A DNA stretch of 64,000 nucleotides from an uncultured Pseudomonadota bacterium (GTDB lineage: Bacteria; Pseudomonadota; Alphaproteobacteria; Acetobacterales; Acetobacteraceae), in contig CAVTQN010000007.1 in NCBI GenBank assembly GCA_963736885.1, positions 144,953-208,952 on the forward strand, read 5' to 3'. The notes under the pieces were generated by a model, which saw only the letters and a list, made by a program, of their open reading frames with translations, was not told the DNA's origin and searched no databases. Positions 38,476 through 46,708 of this stretch are shown in pieces; position 1 is the first letter of the stretch, and the number at the start of each line of letters is the position of its first letter. The position numbers and the translations under genes were made by a program.

Positions 38476-38505
38476 GAGGCGGCCTTTGGGCCGCCTTTTT
38501 AAGTT
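38476..38505 (+). terminator. Rho-independent terminator after cspA
   Basis: AGGCGGCC-tttg-GGCCGCCT followed by TTTTTAAGTTTTT. Confidence 0.8.
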
Positions 38506-38594
38506 TTTGGCGTCGTAGACGCAGTGCACGCTGGTTACGTTTGGTACCAGCGGCTTAGACAAGAGCCGGTATGAACGGCCAAGGAATAAAAATA

Positions 38595-38765
38595 ATGTAT
38601 ACTCAAAATATGAACTACGAGACCAATTTCATCATTTCCTCCTGCCTTCCCCAAGCTATTTCTGCTGGTGAACTGCAAGATAAAATTGATTTGGACCGTA
38701 AAAACAGCCCCTCCCGGATGAGCGTGGCTGAAATCCGCCAGCTTATTGACGAGGTCATGGGCTGA
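38595..38765 (+). CDS. AT-rich orphan small ORF (56 aa)
   Basis: MYTQNMNYETNFIISSCLPQAISAGELQDKIDLDRKNSPSRMSVAEIRQLIDEVMG, with an AGGA upstream. Its composition is unlike its neighbours. It may not be coding. Confidence 0.25.
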   Translation: MYTQNMNYETNFIISSCLPQAISAGELQDKIDLDRKNSPSRMSVAEIRQLIDEVMG

Positions 38766-38883
38766 TTCTTTGCCACGGTTCATGCCAAATTCGCAGGCAG
38801 TGTCATTGATGCTGCCGGTATAAGGCTGAACGGCAAAGACCGCTGGCGTGTGGCAGCGGGCTGATGAAGAGAAGTCTGCCTGA

Positions 38884-39291
38884 TCACATCTTGGCTTGCC
38901 AATGCAAGGCAAGATGTCCGGCTGTTGCCGCTGCCGCCGTCGCGAACATGCCCCAGCTAATATCAGCAATGGTGATGACGGGCGGCCATGTTCGCATAGT
39001 GGCCTGGTTCGTCAGATCATAGGTGGCATAGGCGACAAGTCCGAAGCCAACGCCTCGCAAGATCACGCTGGCCAGGCGTGGCGGCGTGAGGCTGGGGGCA
39101 ACGGCAAACACCACGATTCCGCCGATATAAAGCAGGTAGAACAGCAGCGCCGGAACGGGGCGCACTGTGTCCGCCAGCAATCCTTGCAGGAGCGGTTTGT
39201 AAAGACGCGGGCCCATGACGCTGAGCCAGCACGCATCAAGCGTGATGAAGATGATTGCGCTGGCCAGATAGGCTTTGAGATAGGACATCAT
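38884..39291 (-). CDS. DUF2177-family membrane protein
   Basis: MMSYLKAYLASAIIFITLDACWLSVMGPRLYKPLL...YDLTNQAT... This is the last gene of the minus-strand operon. Confidence 0.7.
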   Translation of the reverse strand: MMSYLKAYLASAIIFITLDACWLSVMGPRLYKPLLQGLLADTVRPVPALLFYLLYIGGIVVFAVAPSLTPPRLASVILRGVGFGLVAYATYDLTNQATMRTWPPVITIADISWGMFATAAAATAGHLALHWQAKM

Positions 39292-39304
39292 CAGCGCGCG
39301 CTCC

Positions 39305-40498
39305 TCACCCCAGAAGTTCATAGAGGCCGACATCGATCGTTCCGGAACGAAATCCAGCTTCGCAATAACAGAGATAATAAAGCCAGAGCCGCCGGAAATG
39401 ATCATCGAACCCCATTTTCGCAAGAGCGGGCCAGGCCGCCAGAAAGCGTGAGCGCCAGGCGGCAAGGGTTAATGCGTAGCTCTCGCCGAAAGTTTTGATC
39501 CGCGCGGGCACGAGGCCGGCCGCCTGGGCATGAATGCCGATATGCGCCCTTGCCGGCAGCATGCCGCCGGGAAAAATACGGCGCTGGATGAAATCCGGAT
39601 TGTCCCGGTAGGCGTCGAAACGTGCCGCATCGATGGTAATCACCTGCAACACCACCTTGCCGCCGGGCTTCAGGCGCTCGCGTAATGTACGGAAATACAC
39701 CGGCCAGTAGGCTTCGCCCACGGCTTCCAGCATCTCAACCGATACAATCCGGTCATATCGTCCGGTCTCGTCCCGGTAATCACGCAATGCCAGCTCCACC
39801 CGCTCCTCAAGCCCGTTGGCGGCAATAACGCCCTGCGCATGGGCCAATTGGGCGGGGGACAGGGTCAGGCCCGTTACGCGCGCGCCGGCAGCCCCCAGCA
39901 GCTTGGCCAAAGCCCCCCAGCCGCAGCCAATTTCCAGCACCTTGCTGCCCGGGTGTATGTCCAGCCAGTCGGTAATCAGTGCCAGCTTATGCAGCTGCGC
40001 GGCCTCCAGGCTTTCACCCGGATGCCTGTAGAGTGCCGCGGAATACAGCATCTGCGCATCAAGCCAGGCGGCGTAGAATTCATTGCCCAGGTCATAATGC
40101 GCCATGATGTTGCGCCGAGACCCGGCGCGGCTGTTGGCGTTCAGCGCATGGCGCAGCCTGTGTAGCAGCCGCAAGGGCAGGGGGGGCTTGTGCGCGTTGC
40201 CGAAATTTTGCGCCGCCAGGGTGAGGAAGCTGGCGAGGTCGGGGCTGGACCAATCGCCGCGCAGAAAACCGTCGGCAAAGCCTTCATCGCCGCTCAGAAG
40301 CAAGGCCCGCAAGGCCCGCCAGTTATGCAGCGCGAGCTTTGCCTCCGGCCCGGGGTGCGGGCCGCGTTGGTCAAGCAGCGCGCCCTTTGGCGTCGTGCAG
40401 AGCAATCTTCCATAGCGCAGCCCGGCTAGCATCCGGCGCAGCAGCGCCACCCGCCAGCCTGTGGCAGGCGCGGAAGAAAGTGAAACGCCGCTGCTCAT
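39305..40498 (-). CDS. Cyclopropane-fatty-acyl-phospholipid synthase family SAM methyltransferase
   Basis: HYDLGNEFYAAWLD..MLYSAALY...VLEIGCGWGALA...IVSVEMLEAVG. The start is at ATG 40498. Confidence 0.85.
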   Translation of the reverse strand: MSSGVSLSSAPATGWRVALLRRMLAGLRYGRLLCTTPKGALLDQRGPHPGPEAKLALHNWRALRALLLSGDEGFADGFLRGDWSSPDLASFLTLAAQNFGNAHKPPLPLRLLHRLRHALNANSRAGSRRNIMAHYDLGNEFYAAWLDAQMLYSAALYRHPGESLEAAQLHKLALITDWLDIHPGSKVLEIGCGWGALAKLLGAAGARVTGLTLSPAQLAHAQGVIAANGLEERVELALRDYRDETGRYDRIVSVEMLEAVGEAYWPVYFRTLRERLKPGGKVVLQVITIDAARFDAYRDNPDFIQRRIFPGGMLPARAHIGIHAQAAGLVPARIKTFGESYALTLAAWRSRFLAAWPALAKMGFDDHFRRLWLYYLCYCEAGFRSGTIDVGLYELLG

Positions 40499-40512
40499 GT
40501 CTTGCGCATCCC

Positions 40513-41277
40513 TCACAATGCACGCTCCGTGTCTGGCCGGGAGATGGTGACGGGCTGTGCTGGCACGGGCGGGCGGGGGCGCAGGCCAATGCCTTTCAGC
40601 CACAGCTTCAGCGCCTCCCAATGGATACCAAAGACGACCTTGGCGCCCAGGAACGGCACGGCGCAGGCGGTGCGCAGCAAGGCGGAATTGGTCAGCTTCT
40701 GGTGCTTGCCCGCCATGGTGGCGTGCAGCAAGGCGCCTTGTTCATCCTCCACGGTGATATGCAGCCCCAGCGCCTCGCCCGGCGGATGCAGGGCAAAGCG
40801 GTAGCGCAGATCCATGTCCAGGAAGGGCGACACATAGAATGCCTTGCCGCATTCCTGGCGCACCAGGGGGCAGCTTTCCGTCACCGGCAGTAGATAGCTA
40901 TGGCGTTGCCCGAAGGTGTTGTTCACCTCATAGAGCACCGCGCGCAAGCAACCCTGCGCATCGTGGCAGAGATAGAGGCTGAGCGGATTGAACGCGTATC
41001 CCAGGAAGCGCGGCATGGTAAGCAGGCGGATGCTGGCACCGGCTTGCGCCATACCGGCCTGGGCGAGCTGCACCTGCACGTAGCTGCGTAAATCACCCGC
41101 GCCATCGCCATAATCGCGGGCATTGAAACTGAAAAGATTGAAGCGCCCGCAAGAGAAAAGCCGAAGTTTCGGCAAAGCGGCGAGGTCGAGCAGCAGATAC
41201 GCCACGTTGTAGCGTAAATGATGCCGCCTTGGCCGCAGCCGCGTATGCGTCACCAGTGTTTGGTAGAGCGCGTTCAT
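40513..41277 (-). CDS. DUF1365-family protein
   Basis: LYQTLVTHTRLRPRRHHLRYNVAYLLLDL...FNLFSFNARDYGDG...YAFNPLSLYLCH. It overlaps the upstream gene by 4 nt. Confidence 0.8.
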   Translation of the reverse strand: MNALYQTLVTHTRLRPRRHHLRYNVAYLLLDLAALPKLRLFSCGRFNLFSFNARDYGDGAGDLRSYVQVQLAQAGMAQAGASIRLLTMPRFLGYAFNPLSLYLCHDAQGCLRAVLYEVNNTFGQRHSYLLPVTESCPLVRQECGKAFYVSPFLDMDLRYRFALHPPGEALGLHITVEDEQGALLHATMAGKHQKLTNSALLRTACAVPFLGAKVVFGIHWEALKLWLKGIGLRPRPPVPAQPVTISRPDTERAL

Positions 41278-42581
41278 GCCGCCTGCCTGGGGCGGGGCAG
41301 GTGGATGCGCCCCGATTTATCCGCCACGCTCCAGGGGCGGCGCACCCCGCCAAGTTCCTCGGCCACCGCAAGGCCCGCCTGCAGCCCGTCCTCGTGAAAT
41401 CCGGCGCCGAAATAGGCGCCGCAGAACCAGAGCCGCGCCGCGCCCTGCAAACTCCACAACGCCCTCTGGGCACGCAGCGCGGCAAGGTCGAAGACCGGGT
41501 GCTCATAGCTTTGGTGCAGCATTGCGCCTGCCGGTTCGCGTTGCGGGTTGAGCGTGACGAACCAGTTCTGTGCCGTGCTCAGATTTTGCAGCCGGTTCAT
41601 CCAATAGGTCACGCAAATCCGGGCCTGTTCGCCACGCGCGCCCGCATAGTTCCAGGCCGCCCAGGCGGCCTTGCGGCGTGGCATGAAGCTGGGGTCGGTA
41701 TGCAGATAGGCCGCGTTGCTCGTGTACCGAAAGGCGCCGAGCACCTCCTGCTCGCGCGCTGTCGGCGTTGCGATCAGGCGCAGCGCGGTATCGGCATGGC
41801 AGGCCAGTACGGCATGGTCGAAGCTGGCGCTGCCGCCGGCCTGGTCATGCAACACCACCCCGGCCTCCGTGCGGCGTAGCCCGGTCACCCCGGCGCCCAG
41901 CTTTGTGGTGCCGGCGAACGCGTCTTTCAGCCGCGCCACATATTCGCGCGAGCCGCCGGTAACGCTCCGCCATGCCGGGCGTTTTGTGAGTTTCAGCAGG
42001 CCGTGATTTTCGCAGAACCGCAAGAAGGCGGCGGCCGGCAAATCGCCCGCCTGCCCGGCCGGGCAGGACCATATGGCGGCGATCATGGGGTAGAGATGAT
42101 CCTCGGTGAAGGCGCTGCCATAGGCGCCGGCGCGCAGGAAGGCCCGCAGGCTCATCTCCGGCGCGCGCGCCGCCTGGGGCGCCTCGCGGTAGAAGCGCAC
42201 CAGGTCGCGCAGCATGGCAAAGAAGCGGGGGTTTAAGAGATTGCGCTTTTGCGCGAACAGCCCGGCGAGGTCGCTGCCCGCATATTCCAGCGCCGGTGCC
42301 TTGAGGGACACGGAAAAGGACATGTCGCTCGGCTGGGTGGCGACGCCAAGATGTTTGAACAAGGCGGTGAGGTTGGGATAGGCGGGCTCGTTATAGACGA
42401 TGAAGCCGGTATCGACCGGCACGCCGCCGGCCTCCACCGTGTGGCTATGGCCGCCCAGGCGCGGCTCTGCTTCATAGAGCGTCACCTCATGGCGGCGCGA
42501 GAGCAGCCAGGCGGCGGCCAGCCCGGAAATGCCCGCGCCAATCACGGCAATGCGCTGTTGTTCGCTCCCGGTGCCGGCCAC
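41274..42581 (-). CDS. FAD-dependent amine-oxidase-like oxidoreductase
   Basis: RIAVIGAGISGLAAAWLL..HEVTLYEAEPRLGGHSHT. GTG 42581 is preferred because GAAGGAG sits 8 nt upstream and the predicted promoter would start transcription at about ATG 42605. Confidence 0.8.
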   Translation of the reverse strand: MAGTGSEQQRIAVIGAGISGLAAAWLLSRRHEVTLYEAEPRLGGHSHTVEAGGVPVDTGFIVYNEPAYPNLTALFKHLGVATQPSDMSFSVSLKAPALEYAGSDLAGLFAQKRNLLNPRFFAMLRDLVRFYREAPQAARAPEMSLRAFLRAGAYGSAFTEDHLYPMIAAIWSCPAGQAGDLPAAAFLRFCENHGLLKLTKRPAWRSVTGGSREYVARLKDAFAGTTKLGAGVTGLRRTEAGVVLHDQAGGSASFDHAVLACHADTALRLIATPTAREQEVLGAFRYTSNAAYLHTDPSFMPRRKAAWAAWNYAGARGEQARICVTYWMNRLQNLSTAQNWFVTLNPQREPAGAMLHQSYEHPVFDLAALRAQRALWSLQGAARLWFCGAYFGAGFHEDGLQAGLAVAEELGGVRRPWSVADKSGRIHLPRPRQAA

Positions 42582-42611
42582 GCCGTGGTCTCCTTCTATT
42601 TTCATGAAGGT

Positions 42612-42637
42612 TACGCGCGGGCCGCTTGCATGGATCA
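42612..42637 (-). promoter_or_regulatory. ECF (RpoE/ChrR-type) promoter candidate for the minus-strand operon: TGATCC-N16-CGTA
   Basis: The minus strand reads TGATCC (42637-42632), 16 nt, CGTA (42615-42612). This is identical in architecture to the promoter upstream of the sigma gene. Confidence 0.6.
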
Positions 42638-42674
42638 CGCGCGAGACAAAAAAACCGGGCCGCTGGATGCGAAA

Positions 42675-42700
42675 TGATCCAAATCCATGGCCGCCCCGTA
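42675..42700 (+). promoter_or_regulatory. ECF (RpoE/ChrR-type) autoregulatory promoter candidate: TGATCC-N16-CGTA
   Basis: TGATCC (42675-42680), 16 nt, CGTA (42697-42700), upstream of the sigma-factor coding region. Confidence 0.6.
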
Positions 42701-42766
42701 TTATGCTGCGTGAATGTCCATGACGCCCCTCATCGCCCGGCATTGCCGCGGGCCCAGCACTCTCCG

Positions 42767-43327
42767 GTGAGCCCGGCCGATTCCGCGCCGCTGGAAGCCG
42801 AATTGCTGGTCCAGCTCATCCGCCGGGTGGCCGGATGCCAGGACCGTCAGGCCTTTGCCGCCTTGTTCAAGCATTTCGCGCCGCGTGTGAAAGCCTATCT
42901 GCTGAAAACCGGGCTCAGCCCGGCGGCGGCCGAGGAACTGAGCCAGGAGGTGATGCTCAGCCTCTGGCGCAAGGCCGGGCAGTTCGACCCGGCCCGCGCG
43001 GGGGTGGCGAGCTGGATATTTGCCATTGCCCGCAATGCCCGCATCGACCATGCCCGCCGCCTGCGCAACCTGCCGCCCGCGCCGGAGGAAGAGGCGCTGA
43101 CGCCTTCCGCCGAAACCGCGGTTCTGGCGGCTGAGCGCAATGAGCGGGTCGGCGCGGCACTCAAAACCCTAAGCAAGGACCAGCAAGTTATTTTGTCTCT
43201 CTCGTTCTTCTCGGATCTCCCCCACGCCGCCATCGCCGACCGGCTCAATCTGCCGCTCGGCACTGTCAAATCCCGCATCCGCTTGGGGCTCGCCCGGCTG
43301 CGCCTGCTGCTTGGAGAGGCGCTGTGA
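42767..43327 (+). CDS. rpoE: ECF RNA polymerase sigma factor (RpoE of the RpoE-ChrR pair)
   Basis: Region 2 FAALFKHFAPRVKAYL...EELSQEVMLSLWRKAGQFD and region 4 LSFFSDLPHAAIADRLNLPLGTVKSRI. The start is uncertain (ORF opens at 42626; GTG 42767 is chosen as downstream of the predicted promoter). Confidence 0.85.
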   Translation: MSPADSAPLEAELLVQLIRRVAGCQDRQAFAALFKHFAPRVKAYLLKTGLSPAAAEELSQEVMLSLWRKAGQFDPARAGVASWIFAIARNARIDHARRLRNLPPAPEEEALTPSAETAVLAAERNERVGAALKTLSKDQQVILSLSFFSDLPHAAIADRLNLPLGTVKSRIRLGLARLRLLLGEAL

Positions 43328-43959
43328 TCCATCATCACCCCTCAGACGAAAGCTTGCTGCGCCTTGCCGCCGGTACATTGCCGGCCGGTCTGGCGGTGGT
43401 GGTGCAGGCGCATCTTGAAACCTGCCCCGCCTGCCGGGCCGAGACCCAAAGGCTGGAAGCGCTGGGCGGGGCCATATTGGAGGATCTGCCGCCGGAACCG
43501 CTCGATGAGCGCGCCTTCAACCAGGTTCTGGCCCGGCTGGACGAGCCCGCCTTGCCCCGCGCGCCGCGCCCGCCCCGCCAGACGCGAAGGGTGCTGCCCG
43601 AAGGTGTAAGCCTGCCAGCGGCGCTGAAGGGGGCGGATATCGGGCGCTGGCTGTGGGTCGGCTGGGGCATTCATCATAGCCGGGTGCGCCTGCCCTGGGC
43701 GCCTGACCAGACGATGATGATGTTCCGCGTGGATGGCGGCAGGCGGGTGATCCACCATACCCATGGCGGTGCTGAATTCACCCAGGTCCTGGCAGGCGGC
43801 TTCAGCGACGAGACCGGCCATTTCAGCGCTGGCGATCTTGCTGAGGCGGATGAAACGCTGGAGCACCAGCCGGTGGCTGATCCGGAGGGGTGCATCTGCT
43901 TGGCGGCGCTGGAAGGCGGGCTGCGCCTGCCCTGGCTGGACCGGCTGCTGCGCCGCTGA
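43324..43959 (+). CDS. chrR: ChrR-family anti-sigma factor (zinc-binding ASD plus cupin)
   Basis: H-x3-C-x2-C motif AHLETCPACRAE. The C-terminal part is cupin-like. The GTGA start overlaps the sigma gene stop. Confidence 0.85.
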   Translation: MIHHHPSDESLLRLAAGTLPAGLAVVVQAHLETCPACRAETQRLEALGGAILEDLPPEPLDERAFNQVLARLDEPALPRAPRPPRQTRRVLPEGVSLPAALKGADIGRWLWVGWGIHHSRVRLPWAPDQTMMMFRVDGGRRVIHHTHGGAEFTQVLAGGFSDETGHFSAGDLAEADETLEHQPVADPEGCICLAALEGGLRLPWLDRLLRR

Positions 43960-43960
43960 C

Positions 43961-44848
43961 ATGAAACGGCGCATGCTCCTTCTCCTTGGCGCGGCGCTGC
44001 TTATGGCAGGGGGCATGGCTGCTGCTTCCCTGTCGCCGGTCACCGTGCTCAATGATCTCGCGCCGGGCGATTTCACCGTCACCCGCGACATCAGATACGC
44101 GCCGGGCCCGCGCGGCGGGCTTGATATCTACGCCCCGCGCCATGTGCACGGCGCGCCTTTGGTCGTGTTTTTCTATGGCGGCAGCTGGCAGGAAGGAAAC
44201 AAGGCGCTTTACCGTTTCGTCGGCGCGGCCCTGGCCGCGCGCGGGGTGGTGACCGTCATCCCTGACTACCGCATCTACCCGCCAACCCGCTTCCCGGGCT
44301 TCCTGCAAGATGGCGCCGCCGCCGTGGCCTGGGCCCATGCGCATGCGGGCGATTATGGCGCGGATCCCTCCCGCCTGTTCCTCATGGGCCATTCGGCCGG
44401 TGCCTATATCGCCGCCATGCTGGCGCTGGACCCGGAATGGCTGGCACCACATGGGCTGAGCCCCGGGCGGGATGTTGCGGGCTTCATCGGCCTGGCTGGT
44501 CCTTACGATTTCCTGCCCCTTACAGACCCGGTGCTGAAGATCATTTTTGGCCCGCAAGCTGGCCTGGCGCGCACCCAGCCGATCAATTTCGTGGCCCCAG
44601 GCGCGCCGCCCGCCTTTCTCGCCGCGGGGCTGGATGACAGCATTGTCGACCCGGGCAACAGCACCCGGCTGGCCCGAAGCTTGCGCCAGGCGGGCGATGC
44701 GGTGGAGGTGAAACTCTATCCCGGCATCGACCACATGAAGCTCGTCGGCGCGCTCTCCCCATGGCTTGGCATCCTGGCGCCGGTCCTGCCTGACTGCCTC
44801 GCCTTCATCCATCAGGTTCAACCGCAAACCCTCAGGAGCGGCGCATGA
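43961..44848 (+). CDS. Alpha/beta hydrolase (esterase/lipase-like) with signal peptide
   Basis: MKRRMLLLLGAALLMAGG..., the oxyanion motif VVFFYGGSW and the nucleophile elbow GHSAGA. Confidence 0.8.
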   Translation: MKRRMLLLLGAALLMAGGMAAASLSPVTVLNDLAPGDFTVTRDIRYAPGPRGGLDIYAPRHVHGAPLVVFFYGGSWQEGNKALYRFVGAALAARGVVTVIPDYRIYPPTRFPGFLQDGAAAVAWAHAHAGDYGADPSRLFLMGHSAGAYIAAMLALDPEWLAPHGLSPGRDVAGFIGLAGPYDFLPLTDPVLKIIFGPQAGLARTQPINFVAPGAPPAFLAAGLDDSIVDPGNSTRLARSLRQAGDAVEVKLYPGIDHMKLVGALSPWLGILAPVLPDCLAFIHQVQPQTLRSGA

Positions 44849-45870
44849 CTTTCGCCACCCAAATCGCCAGCGCCGCCGAACATTTCCCGCTGCCCGACAG
44901 CCTGCTGCGCCTGGGCATTAGCCGCATGGTTGGGCGCACGAACAGCCAGCTTGCCAGCGCCCAGGCCGCCACCGGCGGCTTCGTGGCGGACATGGCGTCC
45001 TACCGCATCGCCGAACATACCGAGGATGCCAACCGCCAGCATTATGAGCTGCCGCCGGCGTTTTTCGGTCTCGTGCTGGGGCCGCGCCGCAAATATTCCT
45101 GCTGCCTCTACCCCACCGGGCGGGAGAGCCTGGAAGAGGCCGAGCTGCACGCGCTGGAGGAGACCATAGCCCACGCCGGGCTTGCCGACGGGCAGGAGAT
45201 TCTGGAGCTTGGCTGCGGCTGGGGCTCGCTTTCTTTATTCATGGCCCGGCGGTTTCCAAACGCGCGCATCACCGCCGTCTCCAACGCCGCCGCGCAGCGC
45301 CGCTTTATCGAGGCGCAGGCGCAACGGCTCGGCCTGCATAATCTTCAGGTCATCACCGCCGACATGAATGATTTCGAGCCGGCGCGAACATTCGACCGCG
45401 TGGTCTCGGTGGAGATGTTCGAGCATATGGCCAATTGGCGCGGCCTGCTCACGAAACTCCGTGGCTGGCTGCGGCCTGAAGGCAAGCTCTTCGTGCATGT
45501 CTTCGCCCATGCCACCCAGCCCTACCGCTTCAACCATGAGGACGAGGCGGACTGGATCGCCCGCTATTTCTTCACCGGCGGCATCATGCCGAGCCACGAT
45601 CTCATCGCCGCCTTTCCGGATCTGTTCACCCTCACGCGGGATTGGCGCTGGAGCGGCGCGCATTACCAGCGCACGGCGCAGGATTGGCTGCGCAATTACG
45701 ACCGCGAGGCCAGCGCCATACGCGCCATGATGGAGGATGTGTATGGCGCCGGAGCGAAACTCTGGTTCCGGCGCTGGCGGCTGTTCTTTTTGGCCACGGC
45801 CGGGCTGTTCGGCCATGCGGGCGGCGAAGCCTGGGGGGTGAGCCATTATCTGCTCACGCCGGTGCCGTGA
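44845..45870 (+). CDS. Second Cfa-family SAM-dependent methyltransferase
   Basis: HYELPPAFFGLVLGPRRKYSCCLY...ILELGCGWGSLSLFMA...VVSVEMFEHM. The ATGA start overlaps the upstream stop. Confidence 0.85.
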   Translation: MTFATQIASAAEHFPLPDSLLRLGISRMVGRTNSQLASAQAATGGFVADMASYRIAEHTEDANRQHYELPPAFFGLVLGPRRKYSCCLYPTGRESLEEAELHALEETIAHAGLADGQEILELGCGWGSLSLFMARRFPNARITAVSNAAAQRRFIEAQAQRLGLHNLQVITADMNDFEPARTFDRVVSVEMFEHMANWRGLLTKLRGWLRPEGKLFVHVFAHATQPYRFNHEDEADWIARYFFTGGIMPSHDLIAAFPDLFTLTRDWRWSGAHYQRTAQDWLRNYDREASAIRAMMEDVYGAGAKLWFRRWRLFFLATAGLFGHAGGEAWGVSHYLLTPVP

Positions 45871-46670
45871 GCCTCTGCCTCATCGCCGGGGCTTTGGTCA
45901 CGATGCTTATGCTGCTTGCCTGGGTGGTGCAGCGGCGCCTGGGCAATGCCGGATGGATCGATGTGTTCTGGACGTTCGGCACCGGCCTTGCCTTGGCCGG
46001 GGTGGCGCTGGCGGCGCCCGGCATGGCCTGGCGCCACTGGCTGCTGGCGGCCCTTTTGCTGATTTGGGCGCTACGGCTCGGCACCTATGTCGCCTGGCGG
46101 GTGGCCACCGGGCCCGAGGATACGCGCTACGCCCAGATGCGCGCCGCCACCGGGCCCAAATTCCAGGCCCGGATGTTCTGGCTCATGATCGGCCAGGGGC
46201 CGGTGTCGGGGCTGCTGGCCATCTCCATCTACCAGGCCGCCGCGCAGCCCGCTCCGGGCCTGCGCCTGGCCGACCTGCTGGGGGCCGCGCTCTTGCTGTT
46301 CGCCCTGGCGGGGGAGGCGCTGGCCGACAACCAGTTGCGCCGCTGGCGTGCCGACCCCGCCAACCAGGGCGGCATTTGCGAGCTGGGGCTCTGGTCGCTT
46401 TGCCGGCACCCCAATTACCTGTTCGAGGCGCTGGGCTGGCTCGCCTACCCGGTGATCGCCTTCACGCCGGGGCATCCGCAAAGCCTGCTGGCCTTCATTG
46501 CCCCGGTGCTGATGTTTCTGGTGCTGCGCTATCTTACCGGCGTGCCGCCGCTGGAGGCGGCGATGCTGGCGCGGCGTGGCGAGGCGTATCGCCGCTACCA
46601 GTTGCGCACCAGCGCCATGCTGCCATGGCGGCCGCAGCCCGCTCCCCGTGCGAACAGTCCGCGCCGTTAA
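45867..46670 (+). CDS. DUF1295-family membrane protein (steroid-5-alpha-reductase/ICMT-like fold)
   Basis: ...GWIDVFW...RLGTYVAWRV...GLWSLCRHPNYLFEALGW. The GTG 45867 start overlaps the upstream stop. Confidence 0.75.
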   Translation: MSLCLIAGALVTMLMLLAWVVQRRLGNAGWIDVFWTFGTGLALAGVALAAPGMAWRHWLLAALLLIWALRLGTYVAWRVATGPEDTRYAQMRAATGPKFQARMFWLMIGQGPVSGLLAISIYQAAAQPAPGLRLADLLGAALLLFALAGEALADNQLRRWRADPANQGGICELGLWSLCRHPNYLFEALGWLAYPVIAFTPGHPQSLLAFIAPVLMFLVLRYLTGVPPLEAAMLARRGEAYRRYQLRTSAMLPWRPQPAPRANSPRR

Positions 46671-46708
46671 AGCGCGGGATCAAGCGGCGAATGCCCAGCA
46701 CCAAGCCG

